DNA of 63,989 nucleotides, counting the filler, from Phoronis australis (Eukaryota > Animalia > Phoronida): NCBI GenBank assembly GCA_002633005.1. It is 5 parts of 5 records of this genome, joined end to end, with 100 filler letters (N's around TTAATTAATTAA, not from the genome) between each part and the next. Parts side by side here need not be neighbours in the genome. Positions count along the whole stretch, not along the records: positions 10,048 to 25,811 come from NMRA01001522.1; positions 25,912 to 31,839 come from NMRA01002253.1; positions 31,940 to 56,258 come from NMRA01000424.1; 2 more parts are not named here. The stretch is one strand, 5' to 3'. Shown one piece after another: positions 23,140 through 36,212 of the stretch. The notes below the pieces were generated by a model. It had not been told where the DNA came from. It did not search any database and was given only the letters and a program-made list of their open reading frames with translations. Both the position numbers and the translations under genes were made by a program. The first letter of the stretch is position 1. Each line of letters begins with the position of its first letter.

Positions 23140-25383
23140 AAAACAGTGAGGACGTTTATGACGAAGGAGTTTCAGGTGCGACCTCTGGTGGAGGCATGTC
23201 TGAGCTGCAGAGGACACTTAGGGCGAGACGTAATGTTATTCACGATGTGGAAGATTACGAATCACGTGAGTAACAGGACTCTATCTCATTGGTTAGAAAT
23301 ATTGGCTCGGGGGCAAATTGTTATGATTTTTTTTCTAGAAAGCACCATAGATTTTGGTCCCTATTCCATGTTGTTTTATTTGTTAATGGTAAAAATTCAT
23401 AACCAAAAACTGTTTGAAAGAAAACCTACTTTCAAACTGCAAACAAGGTACATACTTTAGATCGATATTTGGAAGGGCCATTGATTCGAGGACCAATAGT
23501 TTGACTATCTCCTTAACCCTTTAAAGGATCTTTGTGAGATTTGATGGATGTGCTCATATGGAGATGGCAGCCGATGACAATGAGTTTCAGACTAATCGGA
23601 TTACAGCTGTGTCCCTTGGTGTAAATTCTTTCTCCTATATCTTAGGAGTTTCTTGGCTTATTTTCATAAGATTTCGCAGATATTTTTGTATTAAAGATTG
23701 ACAACGCTACCTTCTTAATTTGGACGAGTTTGATGCCTTCTGCACCATCTATTGGCCATTTTTATGGGACCAAAAACACCTGCAGAACAACACCATTTGC
23801 GGTGCTGTCGTGGGCGCATTTAATGCTCCACGATGTTGTGCTTGTTAGTTTATCAGTTAAATTTCATCCGTGCAGAAGGCCAATATGCTGAAGTGTCATT
23901 ATACTGAAAGGCAAGTGGTTTGAAAGGCTTGTCCGAATTTGGAAAAAGTATACCAAAGGTGGTAAAAATTTCAAATAAAATTAAATGCATAACAATTTGT
24001 AATACTTTTACTGTGCTGTAGGAGAATATGCATTCTGTCTGAATAAATGGCGATTGTTTCTTAAATGGGTTTACTGAGATTTTATTGGAAATGTCGAACC
24101 TGCAAGGTAATTCCTTATCTCTCTGGTTTAGCCAAATTAGAAAAATAGCGTATAGCGACGATGTGAATATGAAGTAGGTTGAAATTGCCAAATGTTTTGA
24201 GAATGTTTTTTGTGGCGAAAATGATCTCCGCAAATCACTGAACTGTCTATAGTAAGTATCTTGATGTGGTGCTGGAGAATAACACTGACTGATGTGAGCA
24301 TGTGAGCCCGTAAGGTACGTCACTAGTGCGAAGGTCGCCTAGTTTTAGAATTTTTTGATTTCACAATTACAAGTTCTCAATGAAAGCAACTGCACTTTGT
24401 TTAGCATAGATGATGTTCAAATAGCATGGTTGTCGAGTTCCTGTTATACATTAGCTTAGTTAGGAGCATGCAAACACATCAGATTTCTTTAAACACCCAT
24501 TGGTTACCTGAGACGGGAAGTAGCAAGCTTCAACCTGCCACCAAAGTGTCGAGGAATTCACAAATTAGAATGATGACGTCAATAAGTGCAGAGCCGAAGA
24601 GTCATCATTTTTCAGACTGTCATCCTTTGGACCACTTGCTGGAATTTCATTTCGGATTGTCCGCCCTTCAGACCAATGGCCCTTTGCACTGCCACGTCAA
24701 CCTCCACAAATTACGCAATGTCTGGCCGGTTGTATACTGTATCATTTGTAAAACATTTCATTCTAGAATTATAGTCACTATGAGGGCTTGTTATCTAAAG
24801 TCACAAGGGTACTGATTTTTCAGTGTTGAAAGTTTGTTTGTAGGTTGTTGTTTTTGAAACATGTACTATTGTCCGTGACTTCTCTGTTTTAGCCGACAGC
24901 TTTCCCCAGCCTCCTTTGACAAGGGGGCGTTTCAGTAGCGAATTAGCGGTACCTGTTGGTGTTATTCCTAGCCAAGGCCGTCGGTTTTCTGGTGCTGCCA
25001 TCAATTCACAACAAAACCTTGGTAATAATTTGCTATTATAACCATCTTCAGTTCTGGATGTAGCATTGATACCTAGGCAGATCCAGGGGGTCAAGGGGGT
25101 CCGGACCCCTCTTATTTTTACTTTTGTGATGTCAAACCTAGAATTGTCGCATTGTTGACTTTGACCTCCTTTGATCTGCTTCCCCCCCCCCTTAAAAATT
25201 TCTGGATCCACATGTGTGATAGTAATAAATGTAATAATAACAATGTTGATTTCTAATGGTAGTGATGATCACTTTACAACTACTACAGAAGCTCATAGCA
25301 GGCCAATGTCAGTGAGTTCTAAAAGCTACGCTATCACTCATTCAACATGGTGGAACATGCACAGCGTTTCAAGTGCCTTTTAA
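23140..25383 (+). CDS. Second copy of the adaptor 3' exons (23140-23265, 24893-25021, 25289-25383)
   Basis: Same splice sites as copy 1. The last exon reads EAHSRPMSVSSKSYAITHSTWWNMHSVSSAF*, with AATAAA at about 25572. Confidence 0.6.
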
Positions 25384-25811
25384 TGTACAGAAAATTGAAC
25401 TCTGTGAACTGTCTTTGTAGTTTTGACAGTTCATTCAGCATCTCACCACGCTTTTCACTAATGTATTTATTTTAGGTAAAATAAAATTAAGTAATGGTGT
25501 TGTTTATTTATTATACTAACAGCAGTACAGTAGTATTTATTTTTATTGATATAAGCGCATTGTTCATTCTATAATAAAATTTTGTACCCACTCTGAATGG
25601 GGCTTTTTTGTCACTTAGGAATGAGACGTGCGAACAAATCAAATATAAATACAAGTACAACAAATACACTTGCTTGCAGACTTAAAAATGGCAAATTGCC
25701 CATTAGGAAAATGTTAAAATAATAATTTTAATCCTTTTTGATCTGGTAAAATCTGAAAGTAAAGGTATTTTGGAGGGATGCGTTAAGACTGAGTCACATA
25801 AGGGACAATTG

Positions 25812-25911
25812 NNNNNNNNNNNNNNNNNNNNNNNNNNNNNNNNNNNNNNNNNNNNTTAATTAATTAANNNNNNNNNNNNNNNNNNNNNNNNNNNNNNNNN
25901 NNNNNNNNNNN
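25812..25911. other. Artificial 100-bp spacer with six-frame stop linker
   Basis: N run, TTAATTAATTAA, N run. Confidence 0.95.
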
Positions 25912-27057
25912 AAAATTTAAAAAAAGACTTGCTCTCGTTAGAGTCTCGAAGCAGTGGAAATTTTGGCATGAAAGTCTAATAGTGTTGACTGCAAGCCACT
26001 AAAGATCGTGCAGATCGATGTTTCGTGACTTTGCAAAGCCATCGATCACCAGCGTAACGTCACCTGTAAACAGACAGTACCTGGCGGTAATTTCAGGTAT
26101 CCGTCAATTTATGGTAACTGGATTCCTTGGTCAAAACCAACTCACCATGGTACGTTGATCTTGTTTTTTCCTCAAAGGAAGTTTTATACAAAGTATTAGA
26201 CTACCTTCATTGCCAAGGTTCATACTTGTTAAATAACGTTTTAAGTTGTAATAGCAGACCCATAAAGTAAACGGACAATTCCATTAGTGACGGACGTAGG
26301 GCCTACAATCAGAGAACATTTGGGCCAATTGTGAAAAAAGTTTTCATCCAAAGAAAATAATTAATACATCAGTTGTTAGGTCTCATTGATAGCTTTCAAA
26401 GCATGTATCAACTTTTCTCCTATCTTTTTATCTGAGGAAGTTGTCTTTTAAGAGGTGTGACGGACGATCGCAGAGAATTTGAATTTTTTAGAAAATGGCT
26501 GTAAGATGTAGTTCTGAAGTTATGACTCATGGATGTTTGGGGGACGAATAGCAAAAATCTGGCAAAGAGGACCATGATGTTTTCCTCTCAGTGTTCTGTG
26601 TGTTGAAGGTTTGCCGAGTGAATTGCAAAAATCTGACTATTTTGCCGACACGTTGTGGCCGCGATGGTGTTGGCTAATGAGCCCATGGTTGCCGGGTAAA
26701 TAGCAATTATTTGTCCAACAAACTTGTGAAAATATATGAACTAACGAGGTCGTTGAAAGTTTTTCGACTCAATTGCAAAAATCCCACTATTTGACCGACA
26801 AGGATATGTGGCGTAGTGTTGGTTAGTAAAAGAAATCGTAGAAAAGTTTGTCGGTTGAATTGCAGACCGACAAGCTATAAACGTGACCAACATATCAGAT
26901 CGTTGAATTATTTGTCGGTTCTTTAACAACTTTTTGACCGACCCGTCCGTTAAAGAGCAAAAGTTCATTTGGCCGGGTTGTTGGGCAAAAAGCGACGACC
27001 GGTACAAAAAGTATTGAAAACAATGACAAGAACAAAAAAGTGACGCGTTTCATCTGT

Positions 27058-27512
27058 GACCATGCATGCTACCACAATATTGTCAAATGTCGACATGGCC
27101 ATACTCCCCAAAAACGTCCGATTTGTGAATGAAGGTCTGACAGAGAACACCCCAGTTTATGATACTGAGGTGACAAGGAGTGCCACAATCCGAGTATCGT
27201 TTTCGACCGATCTCCACTGAGAAGAAGGTCCCTCAAGTTGAAATGGTTGTGCCAACTGGAGATGGCAGTACAGATGATTCAAGAGAGGAAGATTCCATCT
27301 ATGCCGACAGAAAAAATGGCGACTCTGCAGTTTTTTACTTCCATGACCATGCATGCTACCACAATATTGAATGCGATTCTGACGTCATTGTCAAATGTCG
27401 ACAAGGCCCTGCCCCCCAAAAAGTCCGCTTTTTGCTGATCTGAAAAAGGACATCCCAGTTTAGGATAATGAGGTGACAGGGAGCACCACAATCCCTGTAT
27501 CGTCCTCGACCC
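27058..27512 (+). repeat. Diverged direct repeat, period ~290 bp
   Basis: gaccatgcatgctaccacaatattg...tgtcaaatgtcgaca...gaggtgaca...ccacaatcc..gtatcgt..tcgacc occurs at 27058 and 27345. Confidence 0.75.
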
Positions 27513-29233
27513 CCTCATATTGAAATCGCTATGCCACTTAGACACGGCAAAGTCAAAGCCTCACGAAAGTCCAGATTCCGGCTGGGAGATTTGTTGTCGG
27601 CTGTTCTGTTCAGTGTGGCAGACCGATGACTCTGTACAGCAGCAGCATAGATTTAAAAAATTCCATAGGATGGGATCTAATTTTGATTATTTTCTTTCCA
27701 TGTAAAATTATGTCCACTCTAACTAATTGATTACTGGCTGCAAAGTAGCTACTGCACAACTGTTGAATAGTCAATAAACGAGAGTGGATTAAGACACGAG
27801 ATTTTAATGCAAAAGATCGGCTTTTGGTTACATCTTTTTATGAAGACGAGCACATATGGATTTTTCACTCCAAAAGAACTTGGAGCTAAATGTCGATGAA
27901 ACAATAGAATAAAATTAAGCACTTTATCGCTATTTTAGCCAAGGTTTCTTGATTTTTTTTGAAAACCCGAACAAACAGGCCCATAAACAAGGGTAAGAAA
28001 GGTTGGAAACACGATTCACAAAGCGATGATTAAAAAAAAATAAATCCTCCGCAACCGAGACCAGTACCAATTATGTTTTTCATGGAACAGATTCCACGTT
28101 ATTCGTATCGATTTTATTTTCTTTGCCTTATGCGCACGGAATACTGGCACACTGAAGAATACCAAAAATGGTCTTACTGGAATAATGTTTTCTCTATTCC
28201 AGGCATCCCGAAATTTTTTTGGAAGACACGGAAGTACCGCAACGGCTCTCAATGCTCACCTGACTCTAACAGGCTTCTCATGTTTCACAGAACGAGCATT
28301 TAAAACTCAGTAACTCCATCATAGCTTCAAATCGAACGCAATTTGCAGTGCATAATACATAGAAACAGTCATTTTGAAGCGGTAATAAACCCAGGTCGAA
28401 TAAACTAAATTTTGATTTAGACCAATTACTGCAGCAAAACTGTTCTCAATTTGTTCCGTGCTCAGATGAGAAGTGAGTTTTGTCTGGCAAATAACTGGCA
28501 GTTCGATACTCGACCAAGACCACGCACTACAGGTGGTGCGAACACAAGATACATGGGTACAAGTCGATGCTCGAGTACAGAACGGCTCAAGCGATAAACT
28601 GTCTTTTCCTACTTTGTATACAATGATCCCATCAAGGCCAAGAGACTGAACTGGAAATCTCGAGTTTGTTTCTAGAATCTAGGTGTCATTAAGTGCGACC
28701 TTGGACTAAAAACCCACATGCAAATCTATTGAACCATAATGTACGATACAGCTGAACACATGTCTTGTTTTTTACAGAAAATATGCAACTTAAAAGACAC
28801 GCCTTTGTAACTAGCAGAATTAGGAAACATAATTTTCTGGTTTCGTGCAAAAACTGTAGACGAAAATAATACTCAGATGTTCGTAACCATGTGTAATTTT
28901 TTTGCAAAATTTCGAGTTTTCACGGATGTTGTAGCCTAGTAATTTCCACAAAATGTTAAAATTACATCAAAAGTTTGTCCACCTTTAATACTTGACCATT
29001 ATATGAAATTTGATTCTTTAATTGTAACAAAGATTGCCTGTTTGCCCGCTTCCAACAGAAAAGCCACTTGCGGCATAATTCTTTTTCGCAGAAAAAACAG
29101 GCCACAAACATTTGTCCATTTAATTTTTGATATAAACATTCACTTTGAATTTTCTGTTCATGTTGAACACACAATTAGTGCGTTTGCAACATCAAAACGA
29201 GACATGTTCAAAACTTAAACACTAACCACAATC

Positions 29234-29439
29234 CATGAGCGCACCCAGGGGGAGCCCCCCATTTGGCGAAGGGGGCAACAAAGGTCCCCCCTGAGAGACA
29301 AAAAGTTAGAGAAAATGGGACATAAGTCCACTAAATAAGCGCAAACGAGCACTTCACAGTCCGCCCGCTGTTTTGTTAGCAAAAGTTCCATGACGTCAAG
29401 AATTCGAGCCCCCCATATTGAAGGCTGGGTGCGCGCATG
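29234..29439. mobile_element. 206-bp MITE with 5-bp target-site duplication
   Basis: TIRs CATGAGCGCACCCAG / CTGGGTGCGCGCATG flanked by CAATC on both sides. Confidence 0.85.
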
Positions 29440-31839
29440 CAATCCTGGAGTAACTCAGTTAAATCAGCCTGGGCGTTGTACCCGTCAAGTATGCTACGTA
29501 CGTGGCAAATGCAACGACAACTAAATACCGTTTTCCCCCATCACGACGGCTAATTCTATGTTGGTAACAGAATGTTTGCGGTTATAACGGCAAAACTGGT
29601 TCTAATAACTATTAGGACGGTAATATTCTAATTAGTCACCTTACTTTTTGGTTAATTCCCCTTCTTTCTCGGTTATTAGGTAAGACTATGACGTCATGAC
29701 AGGAATTTCTGGGTCATTTGTCTGAATAATTTGGTCTTGTACTATGTTTGTTGTCATGGACGACAGTGGGCAAATGACAGGGTTTGGAATGACCAATGAC
29801 AAAGAGGAAAATTTTCAGGTGATGTATCGTTCCTCAAATATAGGCTCGTGTCATAGGAATGTCGTTTGTATTGTAAAATTTAACTGAAATAAATGTTTTA
29901 TATGAAAAAGGTCAACATAATGATAAAAAATACCAAACTGGAAATCAAAGCGAAACATTTTGATGGAGTTAAAATCTGTAGCTTTGCACACGTGACAATA
30001 CCGTCCTGAATAACCTCAGTTTTGAAATTGCTGGATCATTCCATAAGAATGGAATTCTGTGGCAAACTTCTTAACCCAATTCAACCTTTTAAGGTACTCT
30101 CAAAACTTTTTCCTCATGTTCAAGTGTTCAAATTCTTGAAATATAGAGTAGCATCGAAAGCGCAATCCGACACAAAGTAGTGACCTCACTGCACACATGC
30201 CAGTAGCAGCTACCATTCTAAGTATTATCAGAACTCCTCAAAGGTGCAATAAGTTGTGCCTTCAGTAAAAAAAAATTAGGCCACTCACATCTTCAAAATT
30301 AATCACTTTTCGATATTCAGATAATAGTCAAAAAAAGAAAAATTTCCAGGTCATGTATCTTCCACAAGTATAGGCTTGGGTGCCAAAAATATCTTTGTTT
30401 TTTCATGAGAAAAGTCAAAATAATGATAAAAAGAGTCGAACAAGAGGAACCAGAAATTGGAAATCAAATAAGAGGAAATCGAAACCAAAAAGATTAAATT
30501 CTCTTAAAAGAGGAAAATTCCAACGGTTGATTGCTTCACTTTTCACCTGGAGCATGGTCTCAAGCAACAATGAACAATAACTTCCTTCCAAGTATAGAAA
30601 TTACTCATTTGAGTAAGGAACAAATTGAAACCAGTTTTGTGGTGTAAATGGTCTTAACCAAAACTTAGTTATTTAGAAGGAAGGTTGGACCACAGACCCT
30701 TCAATGAGCAATAACATATGTGAGCCTTTTTTATAAAAAGATTTGCTTGATATTATCAAAGGTTTATTACTACTTCTAATACAGAACGACCAATCCTAGC
30801 TGCATGTAAAAGATATTCATAGACTATACAGTACAACGCAATGAACTGTCACGAGTATCACTGCATATGAACACTAGAACAAAAGGCTATACATCATCTA
30901 GCTTGTATACAGAAAACAAACGAGAACAAAACTTAAGTGATAACCTCTTACCAGAAAACATAAACATGAGATGAGCACTGGGAACTCTAAACCTCCACAA
31001 TCATACACACATTCACACAACTTCCTACACTCCGTAACCATGGTAACCAACTTAGGATGCGCGACTATTCAGACAATAATTTTTTGCGAAGTTACAGGAA
31101 AAACATCAGCGGAGATGCTCTATTTCTTAAGCATGGGTTTAGGAAACACTAATGGAATTCTGAAGTGCGGACCGGTACTAAGACACTCGCCTTGTCTTTC
31201 AGTTGACACCTGTCAGATCCTTCAATCACTTTCAGAGGTTGCAAAGCTATGCACGAGTCGAATGATATAGTAGTGCTGTTTTAACAAAAAGACATTTCAC
31301 GGACACCGACAATGATGACAATGATGACGCTCGCTTCCAGCAAAAACTATAAAATGACCCACAATAAAGTGAACTCCTCTTGCAATACAAAAATAACAAC
31401 ATACTCAGACTGCAACACCATCTTCAAAACATTATTATGTTACAGCAAAATGAACTCTGAATCTACCGTAATGAGACGCTGGTAACTGAACACAGTCCCT
31501 GAATGTCCTCGATGTGAACCGAGTTCTTGATGATGTCATACGGACAATATGTGTGAAGTTTTGTTTATGAACACGACACTGATGACAACGATGAACCACG
31601 GGATGACGCTTCACTTCTTCTGGTTTGTCTTGTCGTTTAGAGGGTTCTGCACTGGCCTTTTGAAGAGCAGAATGTGAGGTTCTGAAAAACAAGTACAACT
31701 ATATTATTAACAAAATGACGGGAAACACGTTTTCCAAGATAAAATCTCACAATATTTTCAGACGAAAAAGTTGTTTGTACACAGCTGTGATCGAGAAATT
31801 GAAGAACTTTCAATTGCCCTTTGAAGCCAGTTCAAAGCA

Positions 31840-31939
31840 NNNNNNNNNNNNNNNNNNNNNNNNNNNNNNNNNNNNNNNNNNNNTTAATTAATTAANNNNN
31901 NNNNNNNNNNNNNNNNNNNNNNNNNNNNNNNNNNNNNNN
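31840..31939. other. Artificial 100-bp spacer with six-frame stop linker
   Basis: N run, TTAATTAATTAA, N run. Confidence 0.95.
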
Positions 31940-32824
31940 TTGTCGGAAATGCCTCATCCCAAAGCTGACAGGTTTTCAAAGACTTTAAGTTACACAACTT
32001 GCAAAACAAGGCAAAATTGTTATTATAAACATCCCACAACTGGTAACAGACATGCGGTGAATCACTTCCCATGAACTCCTAGGAGGTTACAAATTTTGGT
32101 AAACAACCAATATGTTTAATTAATTATACACTAGTCACTAAAATTGCATAGCATTGCCTTAATGAGACTAATTATCTACAGCATCAAAAACTGTCACTAA
32201 CAGCCATAATAATAATACCTTTGCTTACTTAGAAAGTTTTCCATCTAGTTTATCACCGAAGCCGATGATGTTGCTACCCTTGATTTGTTTTAGGGCTGAA
32301 CTCAGTAGCTGAGTGTTAAGAGCGGGAGATGGAATTTACAGTTATGCATAAAATACATTCCTTATACGCAAAGAAGAGGTAAACTTTGGACAATAGATAA
32401 TAAACAGTGCATCAACAGAATTAAATTGATTGGCAAAAACAGCCAAACAAAATGACAACGCATTTACGCTGACATTGATATCAATACGTTTTCGAGGAAA
32501 ACATGACCGTCATTCTGGAATCGTTCCCAAACTGATCCACAAGAAGTCAGGTCATAGAATCAGAATGGAATGGTCGACGATTTTCTGTACTCGATCAAGG
32601 TGTACCTCGACTGTTATCAACATTGTGTTCAAAATCATTTTACTTTGATGACAGAAAGGAGAACATTAAGCCATGCCCCATATTACTCAATATGCTAGAT
32701 TACCCTTTGAGATAAACATTAGGACTGGCTCGCCAAGGTAAACCTAGACACATACATGTAATAGCAATTACATTTTTCATATTGCCAAGATAAGCAGAAG
32801 ACTGAGTAGCTCTTTCAGAAGATC

Positions 32825-35333
32825 TAACAACAATCTAACAACACTATAATCTACAACAGATACAAGGAGCAGCCACGTCTGGTTGAAACTTTAGTAAATC
32901 AAGCCAAAGGTGATCACCGACACAATCTTTTCAAGAAATTAACAGCATAAGCAAGAATTCCAAAGAATACTGGAACTTCATCAATAAAATACGCGGCAGT
33001 CAACAACAATCCTCCTATCCTGTCATCAACTACAATGGTAACCTAGCCTCAAGTAGTAGTGACAAGTGTGATTTGTTTCTCATTTTTTTCACGAAGAAAA
33101 GCCACATTACACCAACCGAAGTAATTACTTTCCCTTTCTTCGTGAACGTTGTGTCAATCAACTGTCTGACATCCCGGTTAATCAAACTGATGTCCGGAAG
33201 TATCTCAGTGAAATTGACACCAATAAGAATGATGGCACAGCTTTAAGAACCAGCAAGATGATCAAAATGATTGCCAACGAAATTAACATTCCCCTGACCA
33301 ATCTGTTTAGCAAACCTCTTCAGCTAGGCATTTCTCCGTCTTCTTGGAAACATGGAATTATGGTCCCTACTGTATACACAAAAAAGGCTCCAAAACTGAA
33401 ATTTCAAATTATCGCCCAATAACTTTACTTAATACCCTGTCCAAAATTTTCGAGATCAGTACGCAAAGTATTCTTACATTTCTCAAACCAAACTTTATCT
33501 ATCATCGTCAATTTTTTTATTTTTGCGTGGGAACAGCACAGTGGGACAACTTGTTGAAATAGTACATGAGATTCATTTACATTTTGAGAAGGGCGAGAGT
33601 GTCATGTCCATTTTTCTAGATATAGCTTTTGCTTTCGACTGTGTCCCTCACGACCTTCTACTTCACAAACTTCGGTCCTATGGCATTACTGGTAATCTTT
33701 TGAACGTGATCACCTCATATTTCTCTGAAAGAACATACAGTGTTCGTGTCTACGGCGTACTTTCAACTTTATCCCCTCCTGGATTGGTAAACGCAGGGGT
33801 ACCGCAGGGTAGCGTATTGGGCCCTCTTCTCTTCTTGGTTTATATTAATGACCTTCCTGATAACCTGTCATGTAGCACATACCTTTATGCAGATGACACG
33901 GCGCTTTTTTACCCCTTCGCAGGGAGCAGCCATGAATGTTCTTTGCAGCTTCAACACGACTTAAATAAACTAAGCTATTGGCCACAAGATTGGAGAATGA
34001 ATTTCAAACCAGAAAAAAGCGTTGACCTCACCTTGTCCAAATCTATTAATGATCTCTTCCTTGTTGACCCGTCTTATGACCTTAAACTTAATGATGAAAT
34101 CATTCCTAGAAAACAGTCGCACAGACATCTGGGTATACTGTTAGATGAAAAACTTTCATTCACCCCTCACGTTCAGGAGCTCGTACAAAAAACTCAGGAA
34201 CTAATTAACCCACTTAAGCTTGTCTCTCGTCCTCTGAATTCTACACATTTAGAAGTTTTGTTCAAATCCTTTGTACTTCCACACATTGATTATTGTGATA
34301 TTATATATCAGTCTGCAAATACGGGTACACTCCAACATTTGGAGAAGTTACAATATCAAGCCGCCTTACTCATAACCGGAGCTTACAGGGGATCCAATAG
34401 TGTTAAGGTTTTGAATAGTCTCAAGAGGCCCAAACTGTCTACTCGACGCAATCTTCACATGACCACATTTACTTCCAAGGTAATAAACAATGTCAACAAC
34501 GTGTCTGTCAAAAAATATTTGATCTATATACTAGACAAGGCCATCGTATTGATTTGAGATCAACCACCCCATATGCTGTTCCTCCGTCGTTCAGTCAGGC
34601 ATTCAGAAGGTCTACATTCATGGTGTGCATCAACAACTGGAAGTCTCTTCAAGTCTCTGTTAAGGAAAGCAACTCTTTTAAGAGTATAAAAAATAATTTT
34701 GGAACTGTTTTTCATAATTTTGATAACTCAACTCCATTGACTCAATTCTCCTTTACCCGCGATAACGAAATAGCATTGTACAGATCAAGATGTGGCCTTT
34801 TCCTCAACTCTGACAAGTTCAGGCACAACTTTAGCAATGTATCTCCAAACTGCAAATGTGGTGACCATCAATCTTATCCTCATATTTTCTTCAAATGTTC
34901 CCTCATCGAATACCTGAGAGACTCACTCTTTCGTGCACTCAATGATAACCAATCAATTGTTAACGCTCTCAATTCTTGTAATAATATCCCTACTAGAGTT
35001 ACATTGTTACTGAATGGTAGTCCTAACCTTGACTTCCTTCTCAACGAATTCCTTCTAAGCAACGTTTGAAATTTTTTATGTACCGTTTATCAATATTGTT
35101 GCTTCTGATTTCCCTACATGTACATATTTTTGTTTTTATATATCTGTAATTGCATATCTAAGTATTGGAATACTTATTTTATATACTACTTAATTGTATA
35201 TACCTCTATGTATATAAGTTTCATTTATGAATTGTTTAAAAACCAGATATAATGCTTCGTGGTTTCCGGGTTTGTTATTATTTCTTTGTATGTTCTGTGT
35301 ATCCTTCAATAAATATATATCACTTAAAAAAAG
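32825..35333 (+). mobile_element. 5'-truncated, frameshifted CR1/L2-group LINE (ORF2 reverse transcriptase)
   Basis: RT motifs KKGSKTEISNYRPITLL, FLDIAFAFDCVPH, GVPQGSVLGPLLFLVYINDLP, YADD and HLGI. C-terminal CKCG..HIFFKC. 3' AATAAA followed by a short A tail. No endonuclease domain seen. Confidence 0.9.
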
Positions 35334-35364
35334 ACTGAGTAGTGTATTGGGAGAGTTCACTTGT

Positions 35365-36212
35365 GATATCGCCAGGTGGGGAATAGGCAACAGTCAAGTA
35401 GGAACGCAAGAACTATGGGGAAGGACGCACTTTTCAGTGTAATAGCTTGTACTAATTCCTTCACGAAAATCATAGACGTGTCATTTCTTAAGATCTGATA
35501 AGGATCCAGAAATGTATGGAGTAATTGCTATTGAATGATATGATGCACTCTCTATCATTTTAATTGTTCTGCTCAGTGTTAGAAGACAAGTCAACCGCAG
35601 TCCCGATGCCGCCATCCTTTGCAGTGTAGGCTACTGGACAGGCTCCGCTCATCCAGATAATTTGTTGTCATTGTAAGTATACTGTTGTGGTAGTGAGGAA
35701 TTGGCTTGTTTTCTTCTTCTTACTTGTGTTACATCTACTGCAGACAAACCGATTGTGTGCATTGGTAGCATCCTGGATCCTGGCGTATTCAGCAGGGAAC
35801 ACATTCAAAATTATTGCGAGGACATGAGTGAGTTGGGAGCAATTGGTAATAATATGTTGGAAAACACCCAGGATGGTACTGAGTTATGATGGCCGCCAGT
35901 TATTAACAGCAAAAGTCATTGGGGTCATGCCCAAAACGAGGGCCCATAAGTTATCACAGCCTCAGCATTCTGTCAATTACCAGGGGAACAGTCTAAATTT
36001 GTGGCGATAGGAGGGGCTCGACACTCACGTGGTATAACCCATTTGTTTTTACCTGTTTATCACTTCTGCTATTGTACCCTCCTTGGAGGGTGTCAACACC
36101 CGCTCAACTGGTGTTGCTTAGTCGCCGCTTGAGGCACTAGTTTTTCGCCCAAAAAACATTGCGGCAAATGGCAAGATGGCGGGGTGAACGCTCCTAATTT
36201 TCGTACACTCCT
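35365..36212 (+). mobile_element. Unclassified interspersed repeat, copy 2
   Basis: Inverted homologue of 16600-17830; ends ...gtacactcctc. Confidence 0.7.

Larger units (their letters stand above)
20308..25540 (+). repeat. ~2.5-kb direct duplication (20308-~22840 and 23053-~25540) of the adaptor gene's 3' exons
   Basis: Both copies start cggcagacgacactagg and are joined by a single N at 23052. The first ~700 bp are almost identical; the rest has scattered SNPs and indels. Confidence 0.9.

Noticed and set aside
31435-31698. Minus-strand ORF after a good splice acceptor, possibly the terminal exon of a truncated gene
   Set aside because: The reading frame cannot be fixed and upstream exons would lie beyond the spacer.
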